DNA from: Octopus vulgaris | Taxonomy: Eukaryota | Assembly (NCBI GenBank): GCA_951406725.2 | Contig: OX597819.1 | Location: forward strand, 91,016,001 to 91,080,000 | Length of the DNA: 64,000 nt | Direction: 5' to 3' | In this document: positions 25,169 to 38,003 of the stretch, piece by piece | Layout of the letters: each line of letters begins with the position of its first letter | How positions within the stretch are numbered: position 1 is the first letter of the stretch | The notes under the pieces: model-generated | Database searches by the model: none | Told to the model about the DNA's origin: nothing | Seen by the model: only the letters and a program-made list of their open reading frames with translations | Program-made: the position numbers and the translations under genes

Positions 25169-25182
25169 CATATATGTATGTA

Positions 25183-25213
<31 letters not shown>

Positions 25214-25474
25214 TTCTTTGTGTTTGTATTTGTTTTCTCACTACTGGTGTTGGTTTGTATACACCCTCATGACTTTGCAGTTCAGCAAAAGGAATCAAGA
25301 GAATAAGTAAGAAGCTTGAAAAAAAATACATACTGGAACTGATTTAGTCTGCTAAACTTTCAAAGCAGTCCCCCAGCATGGCTGGAGCTCGGTGATTGAA
25401 ACAAGTAAAAGATAAAAGATAACAGATTAAATGTTTTTATCTATGAATATAATTTTGAAAAAAACTTATCATAG

Positions 25475-25494
25475 TTCATCATCATCATCACCAC

Positions 25495-25526
<32 letters not shown>

Positions 25527-25585
25527 CCATCACCACCACCACCATCATCATCATCATCGTCATCGTCATCGTCATCCTTGCCATC

Positions 25586-25640
<55 letters not shown>

Positions 25641-25672
25641 CCATTTAACATCCGCTTTCCATGCTGGCATGG
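25475..25672 (-). repeat. Expanded (GAT)n tail attached to an RTE/SINE terminal motif
   Basis: (CAT)n array directly followed by TTTAACATCCGCTTTCCATGCTGGCATGG. Confidence 0.85.
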
Positions 25673-26660
25673 TTCTTGAATATAAAACCACGATCCCGTC
25701 AAATGTGGCTTTTCTTATCAAATACCTAAACCATCTTTAATCTATTTCTTCCTTGAAAATTTGTGTTCATGTGTTAATTTTAGAAATCAATAGTTAAGAT
25801 AACAAGGGATCCACTTTCTATCTCTTGATCTACTGTAATTAGCAGCCAAGTCACCCTCAGTCTACAACCTGCTGCGTTATATAAATATGAATACATAGGA
25901 CTATAAAGTACTTTGTATTTAAAAAAAAAAATGATAGATTACAGCATGAATACCTTTGATCCTAAGTCTTCTTGATGGAAACTGACCCAAAACTAAACAG
26001 CAACAATTCCATCAACGCTACAACTATTGGCAACAGCAATAACAACCAGAATAACACACATTTACAGCACAAAAGCTGAATGTTCAGTCAGCAATGAAAT
26101 CCCCCAATTTCCAATAGATCTATTTTTGTTTCTTTTGTCATCTCTTCTTGTTATCATGTTACAGATCTTCTGTACTGTGTTTTATCAGTCATGATTTTGA
26201 GCTCAGAATTGTAAACTTATGAATCATTTGTCAGTTATACGTAGATACATTATGCATCTACCCACCGACATGGATCTGTTGGTTTCAGTAACGAGGGTTC
26301 AGTTGTCCAATCAACTGAATTGGTTACCTGTTGAATTAGTATACAAGTGGCTGGGTGTTCCACTGTTATCATCATCATCATCATCATTACGATTGTCATC
26401 GTTTTCACATTTAGTTTTCCATACTTACATAGGTCGGATAGAATTTGCTGAGGTAGATTTTTCTATGGCCAGATGCACTCCCTGTTGCCAACCCTCATCT
26501 GTTTCCAAATTAAGGTAATATTTCCCCATAGCTATCTATCTATCTATCTGTCTGTCTGTCTGTCTGTTTATCAGTGTGTGTGTGTATGTGTGTATGTATG
26601 TATGTATGTATGTATGTATGTATGTATGTATGTATGTATGTATGTATGTATGTATGTATG

Positions 26661-26990
26661 TATTCTTGTATGTTTTGTTTTATGTATGTATTTTCATGCC
26701 CATAGTTGCATATCTAGACATGCTCATATGTATTTAAATGTTAAACTTCTGGAAAGTTTATAGATTTTTACAGTTCCAGTGATGGACTGGATCTATAGTC
26801 TTCGAATTAGCTTTCTCCTTTCTGGTTTTGGGAAGCCTAATTTCTCAAGATTGGTATTTAGGCAGTGTGTTACATATCCTAGGGCCCCAATAATTACAGG
26901 TATAAACCTGAACTTGTAATCTGGAAAGAGTAATTGCAAATTTCTCAATAGTTCAGTGTAGGTATTCTCTTTTTCACTGATTTTCAATGT
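26661..26990 (-). mobile_element. 5'-truncated R4/Dong-like non-LTR retrotransposon (C-terminal restriction-like endonuclease region plus 3' UTR)
   Basis: KISEKENTYTELLRNLQLLFPDYKFRFIPVIIGALGYV..LEKLGF resembles the K..KY..L...PVIIGALG end of RLE-type elements; (TATG)n on both sides. Confidence 0.78.
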
Positions 26991-27055
26991 ACGTATGTAT
27001 GTATGTATGTATGTATGTATGTATGTATGTATGTATGTATGTATGTATGTATGTA

Positions 27056-27137
<82 letters not shown>

Positions 27138-27186
27138 AATGAATGAATGAATGAATGAATGAATGAATGATTGAATGAATGATCTT

Positions 27187-27860
27187 TGTCTTGTTTTAGT
27201 CATTAGACTGCAACCATTCTGGGACAGCATCTTGAAGAAGTTTAGTTGAACGAATCAACCCCAGTACTTATTTTTCAAGCCTGGTACTTATTCTATCAGT
27301 CTCTTTTGTTGAACTGCTAAGTTACAGGGATGTAAACCAGGGCTGTGGTGTCAGAGTCAGAGTTGTGGAGTCAGAGTTGGAGTCAAGAGGTCAGAGTCAG
27401 AGACAGAGTTCAGAAATAATTAAGGGGTAGCTGGAGTCGGAGTTTGTAAAACTATACTGACTCCGACTCCGACTCACAATATTTTTATTCTTTAATAAAA
27501 ACCAGTTATAACATAAAGGCCTACTCAAAGTACAATCATATGCATATGCTTCATGAAATATGTAGACCACAATCACTTAATTACATAAAGAGGAGTCAGA
27601 GTCGGGCCGGGGCCAATAGTAGAGGAGTCAGAGTTGGAGTCGGAGTCGGAGTTGAAGTTTTTTGTATCGACTCCACAGCCCTGATATAAACACACCAACA
27701 TTGGTTGCCAAGTGGTGGTGGTGGTGGTGGGGGGGGAGGGCGACAAATAAGGCTTTAGTCAACCTGAAGCTATAGTAGAAGGCACTTGCCCAAGGTACCA
27801 TGCAGTGGGACTGAACCCAGAACCATGTGGCTGGGAAGCAAGCTTTTTACCATACAACCA
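27187..27860 (-). mobile_element. SINE family B interrupted by a hAT MITE
   Basis: SINE sequence GTTACAGGGATGTAAAC|ACACCAAC resumes after 27683. Confidence 0.8.
27338..27683. mobile_element. hAT-type MITE with subterminal (GGAGTC)n repeats
   Basis: TIR CAGGGCTGTGG.GTC / GACTCCACAGCCCTG; 8-bp TSD ATGTAAAC/ATATAAAC. Confidence 0.88.
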
Positions 27861-27887
27861 TTTATATATTCATTGAACCAATCCTAT

Positions 27888-28340
27888 GACTGGCACCCGG
27901 CAGATGCCAGGACCCCTGGACTGGAGATACGTAAAAAGCACTATCCGAATCGTAGCCGATGCCAGCGCCGCCTCGACTGGCTTCCGTGTCGGTGGCACGT
28001 AAAAAGCACCATCCGAATCGTGGCCGAAGCCAGTGCCGCCTCGACTGGCTTCCGTGCAGGTGGCACGTAAAATGCACCAATCTGACCGTGGCCGATGCCA
28101 GCCTCGCCTGGCATCAGTGCAGGTGGCACATAAAATGCACCAATCTGACCGTGGCTGATGCTAGCCTCGCCTGGCACCAGTGCAGGTGGCACGTAAAAAG
28201 CACCCACTACACTCACGGAGTGGTTGGCGTTAGGAAGGGCATCCAGCCGTAGAAACATTGCCAGATAAGACCGGAGCCTGGTGCAGCCTTCTGGCTTCCC
28301 AGATCCCCGGTCGAACCGTCCAACCCATGCTAGCATGGAG
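27888..28340 (+). mobile_element. RTE LINE 3' UTR with tandem 63-68-bp structured repeats
   Basis: GCAC(C/T) unit ends at about 27942, 28010, 28078, 28141 and 28204, followed by the conserved GTGGTTGGCGTTAGGAAGGGCATCCAGCC tail. Confidence 0.82.
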
Positions 28341-28600
28341 CACGTAAAAAGCACCACAACAAGAAGATGTGTAGGAGGAAACAAGCTTTGATAACAAATT
28401 ACAACATTTGTTTAAGTTGCTGAGTTTTCATTCTCATACATTACATAAAATCATTTTGTAAATAATTTACACAAATAAATATGAACCAGCAACAGCTGTG
28501 ATCTGGTTCTTCATCGGTGGATTGCTCTCAAGGCACTGCTGGATCTCTGAATTCCTCCTCTTTTTATATGTCTTTGCATAAATATACCCTTACTCATTTA

Positions 28601-28991
28601 CTCTTTTACTTGTTTCAGTCATTTAACTGTGGCCATGCTGGAGCACCACCTTTAGTCGAGCAAATCGACCCCAGGACTTATTTTTTGTAAGCCTAGTACT
28701 TATTCTATCGGTCTCTTTTTGCTGAACTTCTAAGTTATGGAAACGTAAACACACCAGCATCGGTTGTCAAGCAATGTTGGTGGGGGGGGGGACAAACACA
28801 GACACACACACATATATATACATATACATATATACGACGGGCTTCTTTCAGTTTCCGTCTACCAAATCCACTCACAAGGCTTTGGTTGGCCCAAGGCTAT
28901 AGTAGTAGACACTTGCCCAAGGCGCCACACAGTGGGACTGAACCCGGAACCATGTGGTTGGTAAGCAAGCTACTTACCACACAGCCACTCT
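28601..28991 (-). mobile_element. tRNA-derived SINE family B (CORE-like CCTTGGGCAAGT)
   Basis: Reverse complement of 31917-32385; B box GGGTTCAGTCCC. Confidence 0.88.
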
Positions 28992-29199
28992 TTCATTTTT
29001 TTTTCACCAAGTAGCAGTGAACAACTCAGACCAATATAATAAATATTGGAGGTGAATAAGCTTATCCTAAATCCTGAAAGATAGAGTCTCAGCTTTCCAG
29101 CCATGACCATCTTGTATCTCAGTCTAGTTAACCTAATGCTATACAACAACAACAACAACAACAACACTGCTGCTGCTGTGGTTTTTGTTGTTAAGCAAC

Positions 29200-29458
29200 A
29201 AGATGGGTAAGGGTGATTAGGTGATGGTCTAGGGCTTAGGGGCGGGAGACCCCAGGCCTTGGAAAAAAAAAACTTTGGTTGTCTTGTTGTAGTCGAGGGC
29301 TCTTCATTGACGACCGACACCACTGGGAGGTGGCCCTCGAAGTTGCTGGAAATGGAGATCTCCAGGTCCAAATTCTTGAACAGCTGCTGCTGCTGCTGAT
29401 GCTTCTGGTTCATATCATGTAACAAGTCCATTATAGTTTGATATGAACAATTATAAAG
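29200..29458 (-). CDS. Candidate host exon of unknown product (poly-Q, Pro/Ser-rich)
   Basis: Non-repetitive, GC-richer sequence; acceptor ATTTTCTTTTAG at 29470-29459 in phase 0 with ORF LYNCSYQTIMDLLHDMNQKHQQQQQLFK..; no recognised domain and no donor identified. Confidence 0.3.
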
Positions 29459-30238
29459 CTAAAAGAAAATAGTGAAGTTTCACAAAATCCAACATATTAA
29501 ATTTCAAATTATGCACGCAAACAACTCAATTAGCATTTATTTACGCGTTGCTGATTGCCAATTAGCATTACTTCTTGCTGTAGTTATTAGAATTTAGAAT
29601 GTTTCACTAATAGTGTGTTTTGTTGAAACTACATTTGCTGGCAGCAATTCTAAAACTTAATTTCTGCCAAGATTAATTAAGGTTTAAATTTCTATGAAGT
29701 TGGTAAAAATATGTGTTAAAAATCTTGTTCATAAGATAAATGTAGAGTAGACTACGTGATTTTCTGGTTGCTAGGATTTTTTCACCTCTTGTCACACCTA
29801 ACCTCAAGCATTTTCCCGTTCCCACATCCGTATTTTTGTTTAAGATGTCAGTACTTTACATGCACCTAAATCCACTTTCCAAGTCATTGACCGCTTCACC
29901 TGCATCTCCAGTAATATTATTCACATCATGAAATGGCATACATATGTGTGCATGTACACACACGAGCATGTGTCTGTGTATGTGTATCCTCATTAGCATC
30001 ATTGTCGTCATCATCGTCGTCGTTGCCGTCGTCGTCGTCGTCGTCGTCATCATCATCATCATCTTCTTCAAACACACACACACACGTTTATAATGGGCTA
30101 CTTGCAGTTTCTGTCATCCAAATCCACTCACAAGGCTTTGGTTGGCTTGGGGCTTATAGTAGAAGACATTTGCAAAAGGTGCCATGCACATTGTCATCTA
30201 CATCATAAATGTAAACAACACACATGCACGCACTTATT

Positions 30239-30462
30239 TATTTCTTTATTGCCCATAGGGGGCTAAATGTAGAGGAGACAAACAAGGACAGACAATGGGA
30301 TTAAGTCGATTGCATCAACCCCAGTGCATAACTGGTACTTATTTAATCGACCCTGAAAGGCAAAGTTGACCTTGGCAGAATTTGAACTCAGAACGTAATG
30401 GTAGATGAAATACCTCTAAGCATTTCATCCAGCATGCTAACGATTCTGCCAGCTTGCCGCCC
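30239..30462 (-). mobile_element. SINE family A, monomer
   Basis: Matches 1619-1851; imperfect TSD ACATGCAC.CA..TATT. Confidence 0.88.
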
Positions 30463-31453
30463 TACATGCACACATATATTGCTTGGAAACAGGTGAACCC
30501 TCATCAGCAGTAGAAAATAAGCCTCAACTAACTTCCCTAATGTATGCAAGTATGCTGTTGTTGCTGCTGCTAATGATGTTGATGATGATAATGGATGGGA
30601 GGAGGAGGAGGAGGAGGAGATATGTGATGGGCTTTCTTGCAGTTTCTGTCTACCAAGTCCTACTCAGAAAGCATAGGACATCCAGAAACCTACGGTGGAA
30701 GACACTTGTCTGTCCAAGTTACTGTGCTATGGGATTGAACCCACATCCACACATTCACATGGTTGGAAAGCAAACATCTTAACCACACAGCCCTGCCATG
30801 CCTGTGCCAAATGTTGATATAATAATCACTACCAAAGCCATTATTACTTCCATAATCTTTCTTAACCATCAATGTTAGTTTTTATATCTTGCTTTGTTAT
30901 TAAGCTGCAAATGGTGTCCTCTCAATAATTATCTTTGTCATTTAATTTTTTGTATCATATTTCCTTTGATATCATGTAGCTTATCACTACTAACCTGATA
31001 GCTTTCATAATACATTATTATTCATATTCAGTCATTTACTTTTGTGATGTATCTAGAACATTCCATTTGCCTTTCTCACATACATCCCATTAATCATTGA
31101 CACCTAGTCTATCTCTGAAATTCAAATTATAGATCAAAAACTCTGGTCATTTTTATCTGTTGGGCCATTGAGTGAGTGAGTCTCCAAGTTATTGTTCAAC
31201 CTGACTGAAACAACAGCCAAATTTTGCTCAGAGTACACCCCTACATTAGTTGCCAGCATGGTTATGTAGTTACAGAGTTTGCATCATGACCATGTAGTTT
31301 CAAGTTCTATGTCACTCCCGATCACTTTGGGCAAGCATCTTCTATAATAGGTTTAAGTTGACCAATGTTCTGTGAGTGGAATTCATTGATAGAAATAGTA
31401 TGGAAGCTCATCATGTGTAAGTATACACATACATACATACATACATACATACA

Positions 31454-31484
<31 letters not shown>

Positions 31485-31916
31485 GTGTGTGTGCGTGTGT
31501 GTGTGTGTGTATAAATATAGATAGATAGATAGATAGATAGATTGATTGATATCATTCAACCACGGTTGTGGTTGAATATATTCCTAAGTCCACCATTATG
31601 TCAATTGCAGCAGTTTCCAAGCTTCACCACTAATTCTAATTCAGTTCTCAACTAAATTACAAACTGTTAATAGTTTTAAAGAGGACACCTCCTCAGCTAC
31701 ACATTAGCATGAATAGTTTGGTTCAGTAGAAAAAAAGTTACACCAAAATATCTGTGACCTCAAAGAGGGAAGTAAGGAAGATATTCATCAATTAACATAT
31801 TCATCAATTAACATAAATTTTTAGAATTTAAATTAAAAGTATACTTTCCTTAGGCTTAAATGACAGAAAAATGCATGAGGAATTCAGAATCATTAGTTAC
31901 ATTGAAATAATAATTA

Positions 31917-32108
31917 GTAGGAGTGGCTGTGTGGTAAGTAGCTTGTTTATGAACCACATGGTTTTGGGTTCAGTCCCACTGTGTGGTACCTTGGGCAAGT
32001 GTCTTCTACTATAGCCTCGGGCTGACCAAAGCCTTGTGAGTGGATTTGGTAGACAGAAACTAAAAAGAAGCCCATCGTATATATGTGTGTATAAATATAT
32101 ATGTGTGT

Positions 32109-32182
<74 letters not shown>

Positions 32183-32385
32183 TTGTGTCTGTGTTTGTCC
32201 CCCCAACATCGCTTGACAACTGATGCTGGTGTGTTTACATCCCCGTAACTTAGTGGTTTGGCAAAAGACACCGATAGAATAAGTACTAGGTATACAAAGA
32301 ATAAGTCTTGGGGTCCATTTGCTCGACTAAAAGGCGGTGCTCCAGCATGGCCGCAGTCAAATGATTTAAACAAATAAAAGAGTAA
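31917..32385 (+). mobile_element. SINE family B, near full length, with internal (TG)n
   Basis: GAGTGGCTGTGTGGTAAG..GGGTTCAGTCCC..CCTTGGGCAAGTGTC..GGCGGTGCTCCAGCATGGCCGCAGTC. Confidence 0.9.
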
Positions 32386-32512
32386 ATGAGAAGAAAAAGA
32401 GTTATAAGGTAAAATGTTACGAAACTTCATGTCAGTAAGTAAGGAAGTAAGGGAGTAATGCTTAGGCAATAAGAATAAAGAATATATTTCTAAAATGAAT
32501 GTTTACATTCTG

Positions 32513-32797
32513 AGGCAGTGAGCTGGAAGAAATGTTAGCATGCTGGGTGAAATGCTTAGCAGTATTTCGTCTGCCGTTACATTCTGGGTTTAAATTCCGC
32601 CAAGGTTGACTTTGCCTTTCATCCTTTCGGGGTCGATAAATTAAGTACCAGTTATGCATTGGGTTGATATAATCGACTTAATCCGTCTGTCTGTCCTTGT
32701 TTGTCTCCTCTGTGTTTATCCCCTTGTGGGTAGTAAAGAAATAGGTATTTTGTCCATCTTTATATTTTGGGTTAAAATTTTGCTGAGGTCGACTTTG
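32513..32797 (+). mobile_element. SINE family A with start of a second head-less unit
   Basis: Full unit to AAAGAAATA (~32743), then GGTATTTTGTC..GAGGTCGACTTTG. Confidence 0.85.
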
Positions 32798-33084
32798 ATG
32801 TACAAATTTTTTAATAAATTTTTTTTAACTGAACACTTTCAAACTTCCAATACTGGTAGAATGTGTCACATAGAACAGAGTTTACTCTTAACGTTTTTGA
32901 CAAAATTTTGTATTTTAGAAGTTATTTCATCAGATGTTACTGACTGACAATGGACAAATTTGTGTTTGATAAGTGCCAATACACAAAACTCTCAGCTCTT
33001 GACTTACTCTCTGCTGATGATATATATACATATTACATATATGTGTAAAAAAATCACATCACGCTATCGAGCCAATGAAATGGC

Positions 33085-33805
33085 ACCGAATTTAGAAATA
33101 GGAGTTAAAATGCCTTTTCCATTACCATAAATATCTCCCCAGACAGTAACACACTTTTTTTAACGTAGGCAAAGAGGAAAAATAATGAATCCACACTATT
33201 CTAAATTTGGTACGTGACAAAGCAATTAGCTGACCCCTGATTATAATGTTTATAATTATAGAATATTTGTATAATTTTACCTAAAAAGGTTATTTTAATG
33301 TACCAAACTTGATAAAATTATTAATTATTAATTAATTAATTAATTAATTTTACCCTTTTGTTATTATTGAAATATAATTAACTCCCTGATTGAAAACTGC
33401 AGTTTCTGCAGGATTACTCGTAACACACGTGGGTATTTGAGGATAAATACTTGTTCACATTCGGCTGTATATTTTTGGAAGTGTTGGTTGAATATCAGTT
33501 ATGCGATGACTCTTGATCGCGTACATATTTAATTCTAACACTCTCAAATTCACATTTGGAATGCTGCTCTGAAGATGGGAAATGAGTAAATAAATATAAC
33601 TTTACTTTAATTCTGAAACATGTATGTAGCTAATCTGAATTGTGTCGATTTGTTATTTTTTCTCTTTGCCTATATTAAAAAAAGTGTGTTTCTGTCTGGG
33701 AGATATTTATGGTAGCGGAAAAGGTATTTTAACTCCTATTTCTAAATTTGGTGCGTGGTGAAGCAATTAGCTGCCCCCTGATTATAATTATGTTTATAAT
33801 TATAA
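33085..33805 (+). mobile_element. Penelope-like module with inverted and direct repeats and a degenerate hammerhead
   Basis: Inverted repeat 33085-33185 / 33652-33755; direct repeat 33196-33260 / 33736-33803; GCT-CTGAAGA..GAAACATGTATGT-AGC at 33566-33630. Confidence 0.65.
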
Positions 33806-34013
33806 GATATATGTACACACACACACATATATAGATATACACATATAAGAGGGATGACCACTATGCGGACAACCCTTATGCTAGAAGTAGATCTGCTATG
33901 GTCTTACCACTAAGAAATATTCTCAGGAAAAATTTAGCAAACACCAGAACATAAGCGAGCAAGACAAATGAAAAGTAACAAAATACAGATTTATATATCT
34001 ATCTATCTATCTA

Positions 34014-34087
<74 letters not shown>

Positions 34088-35956
34088 TATATATATATAT
34101 ACACACAAACATACACACTTCTGTATATACGTGTGTATATGCATTTGTGGATGTATGTTGATTTTCTGTGTCTTCACATCAGACTACCACAATAATTACA
34201 TTCCCTGTGAATAATATGTCTTATAGCTCAGCACTTTATAAGTTAAGGTGAATGGAAATTCCTTACTGGTAAAACAGGTAAGGATTAGCATAACGAGAAG
34301 AGCATCACATCATAAAATCTCTATACTGTCTCAAATAAGTATCCAGCCAATCTATGCCAGCATTGAAAAGTGAACATAAAACAAAGGAATCATCTTAAAG
34401 AGGAAAATATATTGGATAATGAAGTCATGGTTGTAATGCACTTAGAAAAAAGAAGGGATGGTCATCAATTGAATGCCTTTGATCATGAGTCTGCCCAGTG
34501 AAAATTAACCCAGGGTTGTACAACAACAACTGCTATTCCTCTTTATTTTCTGGAAGTTTTTAAAAAAATGCTTTTTATTGCTATTTCTTTGTCTTTGTTT
34601 TATATGCCATACTTTTGGCGCATACATTGTATATCCTGATTTTCTTACATATGAAATGTTATAAAAAAACTCTTTCTCTAATCAGTAATGGTTTAAACTT
34701 CACTTAGCTATCACAATTCAAACATTGATTAAATTATCTAGGAAATAAAGTTTATGAATTGCTTTATCATCATCAGAGTTGTTCATAGCTTTTAGATTTG
34801 GACAGCTTATATTTTCAATTGTATATTGCCATTTGTTTTTGTATTTTTGTCAGCATATTTGACATACTTAATAACTAAAAGGGAGTGCTAGCATACTTTA
34901 CGTAATTAAGCTAAGAAATTTTAATTACTCAAAATAATACCCTCAGTAATAAGAATATGTCATTAACTAATTCTAGTAAAAAAAAAAAAAGGCAAGGGAG
35001 ACAATTTCAGGCATATTTCAGCATTATGAAAGCTCATCGTTAAAGCATAGTCTGTGACTACAAGATTTTAGAATAAATAGAGAAATAATGTATTTCTGTT
35101 TTTTTCTTTGTTTTTTTTTTATCAGTGGACAATGGCGGAAATAATAATTCAAAGAAGAATTACAGAAAAACACATTGGAACACCTGCAACATGAAAACTA
35201 CTTTGCCTTTTATCAAAATTCTTTAGCTGCTGATTTGTTCTCAACACTAAGGGTGTGATTTTAATTAGATGAAAATTCTTACTACATCAAATATAATAGC
35301 ATGCCATTTATTATGAAGTTTTCATACTGTGGCTATGTGGTAATTGACTTGCTTGCCAACTACATTTTGCTCTGGGTTCAATTTCACAGTGATACCTTGG
35401 GTAAGTGTCTTCTACTCTAGCTCAAGATTAATCAAAACTTTGTGTGTAAATTTGGTAGATGGAAATTGAAAGAAGCCTGTCACATATATATGTATATGTA
35501 TACATATGTATGTGTGAGTAAGCATATGTGTGTGTGCCATACTGTCTTCTTGCCATGACATCACATGATAGTTGTAAATGAACATCACTTACACAAGGAG
35601 TGTCCTTCATTTCCAGTCTTCCATGAAAACGTTTCTGATCATGGGGAAAATATTACCTTAGTTGGGAGTGGGTAGGGGTTGGTGACAGGAAGGGTATCCA
35701 GCTGTAGAAAATCTGCCTCAACAAATTCCATCCAACTGATGCTTGTATGGAAAGTGGACTTTAAAAACAATAATGAAATGTTTCCTGATATTTTCCACCT
35801 CGCTATTCATTTAACATGCTGCCTTACCTAAGAGCTAATGGGTTGCTCTGCTCATGTAGAATTAGATATCTTTCCTTTATCCCCCACCCCATGCCTTCTT
35901 TGTGTACACATGTACACACACACACACACACTCATGCATATACACACACACACACA

Positions 35957-35994
<38 letters not shown>

Positions 35995-36488
35995 GAGAGG
36001 CTTCTTTCAGTTTCCCTCAACTAAATCCATTCACAAGGCATTTGTTGGCGAGGGGCTATAATAAAAGGCTCTTGCCCAAGGTGCTATACAGTGGGACTGA
36101 ACCTGAAACCATGTGGTTGGAGAGCAAACTTCTGATTACAAGGCCATGCCTGCATATGTAAATGATCATACTTGCCTCAATTCTACCTAATCTCTACAAT
36201 TCTTAGAGAGTCAGTGCTCATGTTTCACTACCACCTAATGATGTCACACTTCCTACACATGTTTCATAAAGTCTGCTTCCTTGAACGGAATGGTTTAATG
36301 TCTAAAGTGCAAGAGGCATAGGTATTTCATACTCCTTGCTATGAATAATAATTACAGCCTTTCTCATGTTGACCTCTAACCCTTTGGACTTTAAACTAAG
36401 CATCTATGTTTGAAATTTATTCTGTGATCCTTGAACCATTTTCATTATGATAAGCAGTTTGTCTACATATAAATGTGTTAGGCTAAGT

Positions 36489-36528
<40 letters not shown>

Positions 36529-36665
36529 TTATATATATATATCAAAATAAGCAGTTCCTTATTTTGATTTTAATCATCTTATTTTGAAATTGTATGGATA
36601 ATACCGTACTAAATTCTGGTGCCTCAACTTAAGTACCATATTCATCTAAATCTAAATTTTTGCAA

Positions 36666-36698
<33 letters not shown>

Positions 36699-37422
36699 AT
36701 ATGTATATATACACACATATATATATTCATACACATATACATATATATATATATATATATGCATACGTGCATATATAAATATAAATATATGCATACGGGC
36801 GCGTATACATACATACGCACATGCATACGTATTTACATACACACATACATACATACATACATACATACATACATACATACATACGCACATACATACATAC
36901 ATACGCACAATAGTAAAACAAAAGTTCTGTGATATAGAGATAAATATCTGATAATAGGTTTTAGGGTATAGTTTTGGGAGTAAGGGTCATAAATCACTTC
37001 CAGGCTTCGGCGGGGGGGGGGAGAAGTTGAAATTTGATATTATTGTGATGAATGGTCACTCTACATCTATCCATCGCTACAGGTTTATAGCTTTATGTTT
37101 ATAGTGTGTATGTGCGTGCATATACACACACATACATATATACATACATACATACATACATACATACATGCATACACAGGCGTATGTACGTACATGCATA
37201 CATACATACATACACACATGTATGCATACATACACACATACATACGTACATATATATGACGAAATAACTGTTACTTTCTCAGATGCAGCACGGATTTTTG
37301 TCAGTGAACAGGTCGCGGATTTTAGTGCCGAAAATATTTTGACAAATTAAACTTAAATGTTGAAGTGAATCGAGCGGCTTTTGTGTGTTTCTTAAATGGC
37401 TTATAAACACCTTCCACACTGC

Positions 37423-37459
<37 letters not shown>

Positions 37460-37594
37460 TATGTGTGTGTGTGTGTGTGTGTGTATTTATACACACCCAT
37501 AACTATATTTATTTATATGCATATAATATATATATATTATATACACACATCTCTATATCTATCTATATGTATACGTATGCATGTATATATATAA

Positions 37595-37637
<43 letters not shown>

Positions 37638-37841
37638 TGTGTCTTTCTGTCGTTTCCCCACAACTTGTGGTCAAGTTTGTTTATGTCCTTATAAGTTAGT
37701 AGTTTGGCAAACAGAGACCAACTGAATACGTACTAGACTTAAATACCTGGTGTCAGTTTGTTTCACATAAACCTGTGAAGGTAGTGTCTCGAGATTGGCT
37801 GCAGTCTAGTGACTGAAACAAGTAAAAGATAACAGATAAAG

Positions 37842-37889
<48 letters not shown>

Positions 37890-37909
37890 TGTGTATGTAT
37901 GTATGTATG

Positions 37910-37940
<31 letters not shown>

Positions 37941-37957
37941 GTATGTATGTATGTATG

Positions 37958-37991
<34 letters not shown>

Positions 37992-38003
37992 TGTATGTAT
38001 GTA

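Noticed and set aside
27888-28204. CRISPR-like repeat-spacer array
   Set aside because: Intervening sequences are homologous to each other, no cas genes, eukaryotic context; it is a LINE 3' UTR tandem repeat
31897-32469. 190-aa ORF and similar long ORFs at 43015-43693 and 60695-61252
   Set aside because: Read-through of SINE, LINE UTR and (CA)n sequence
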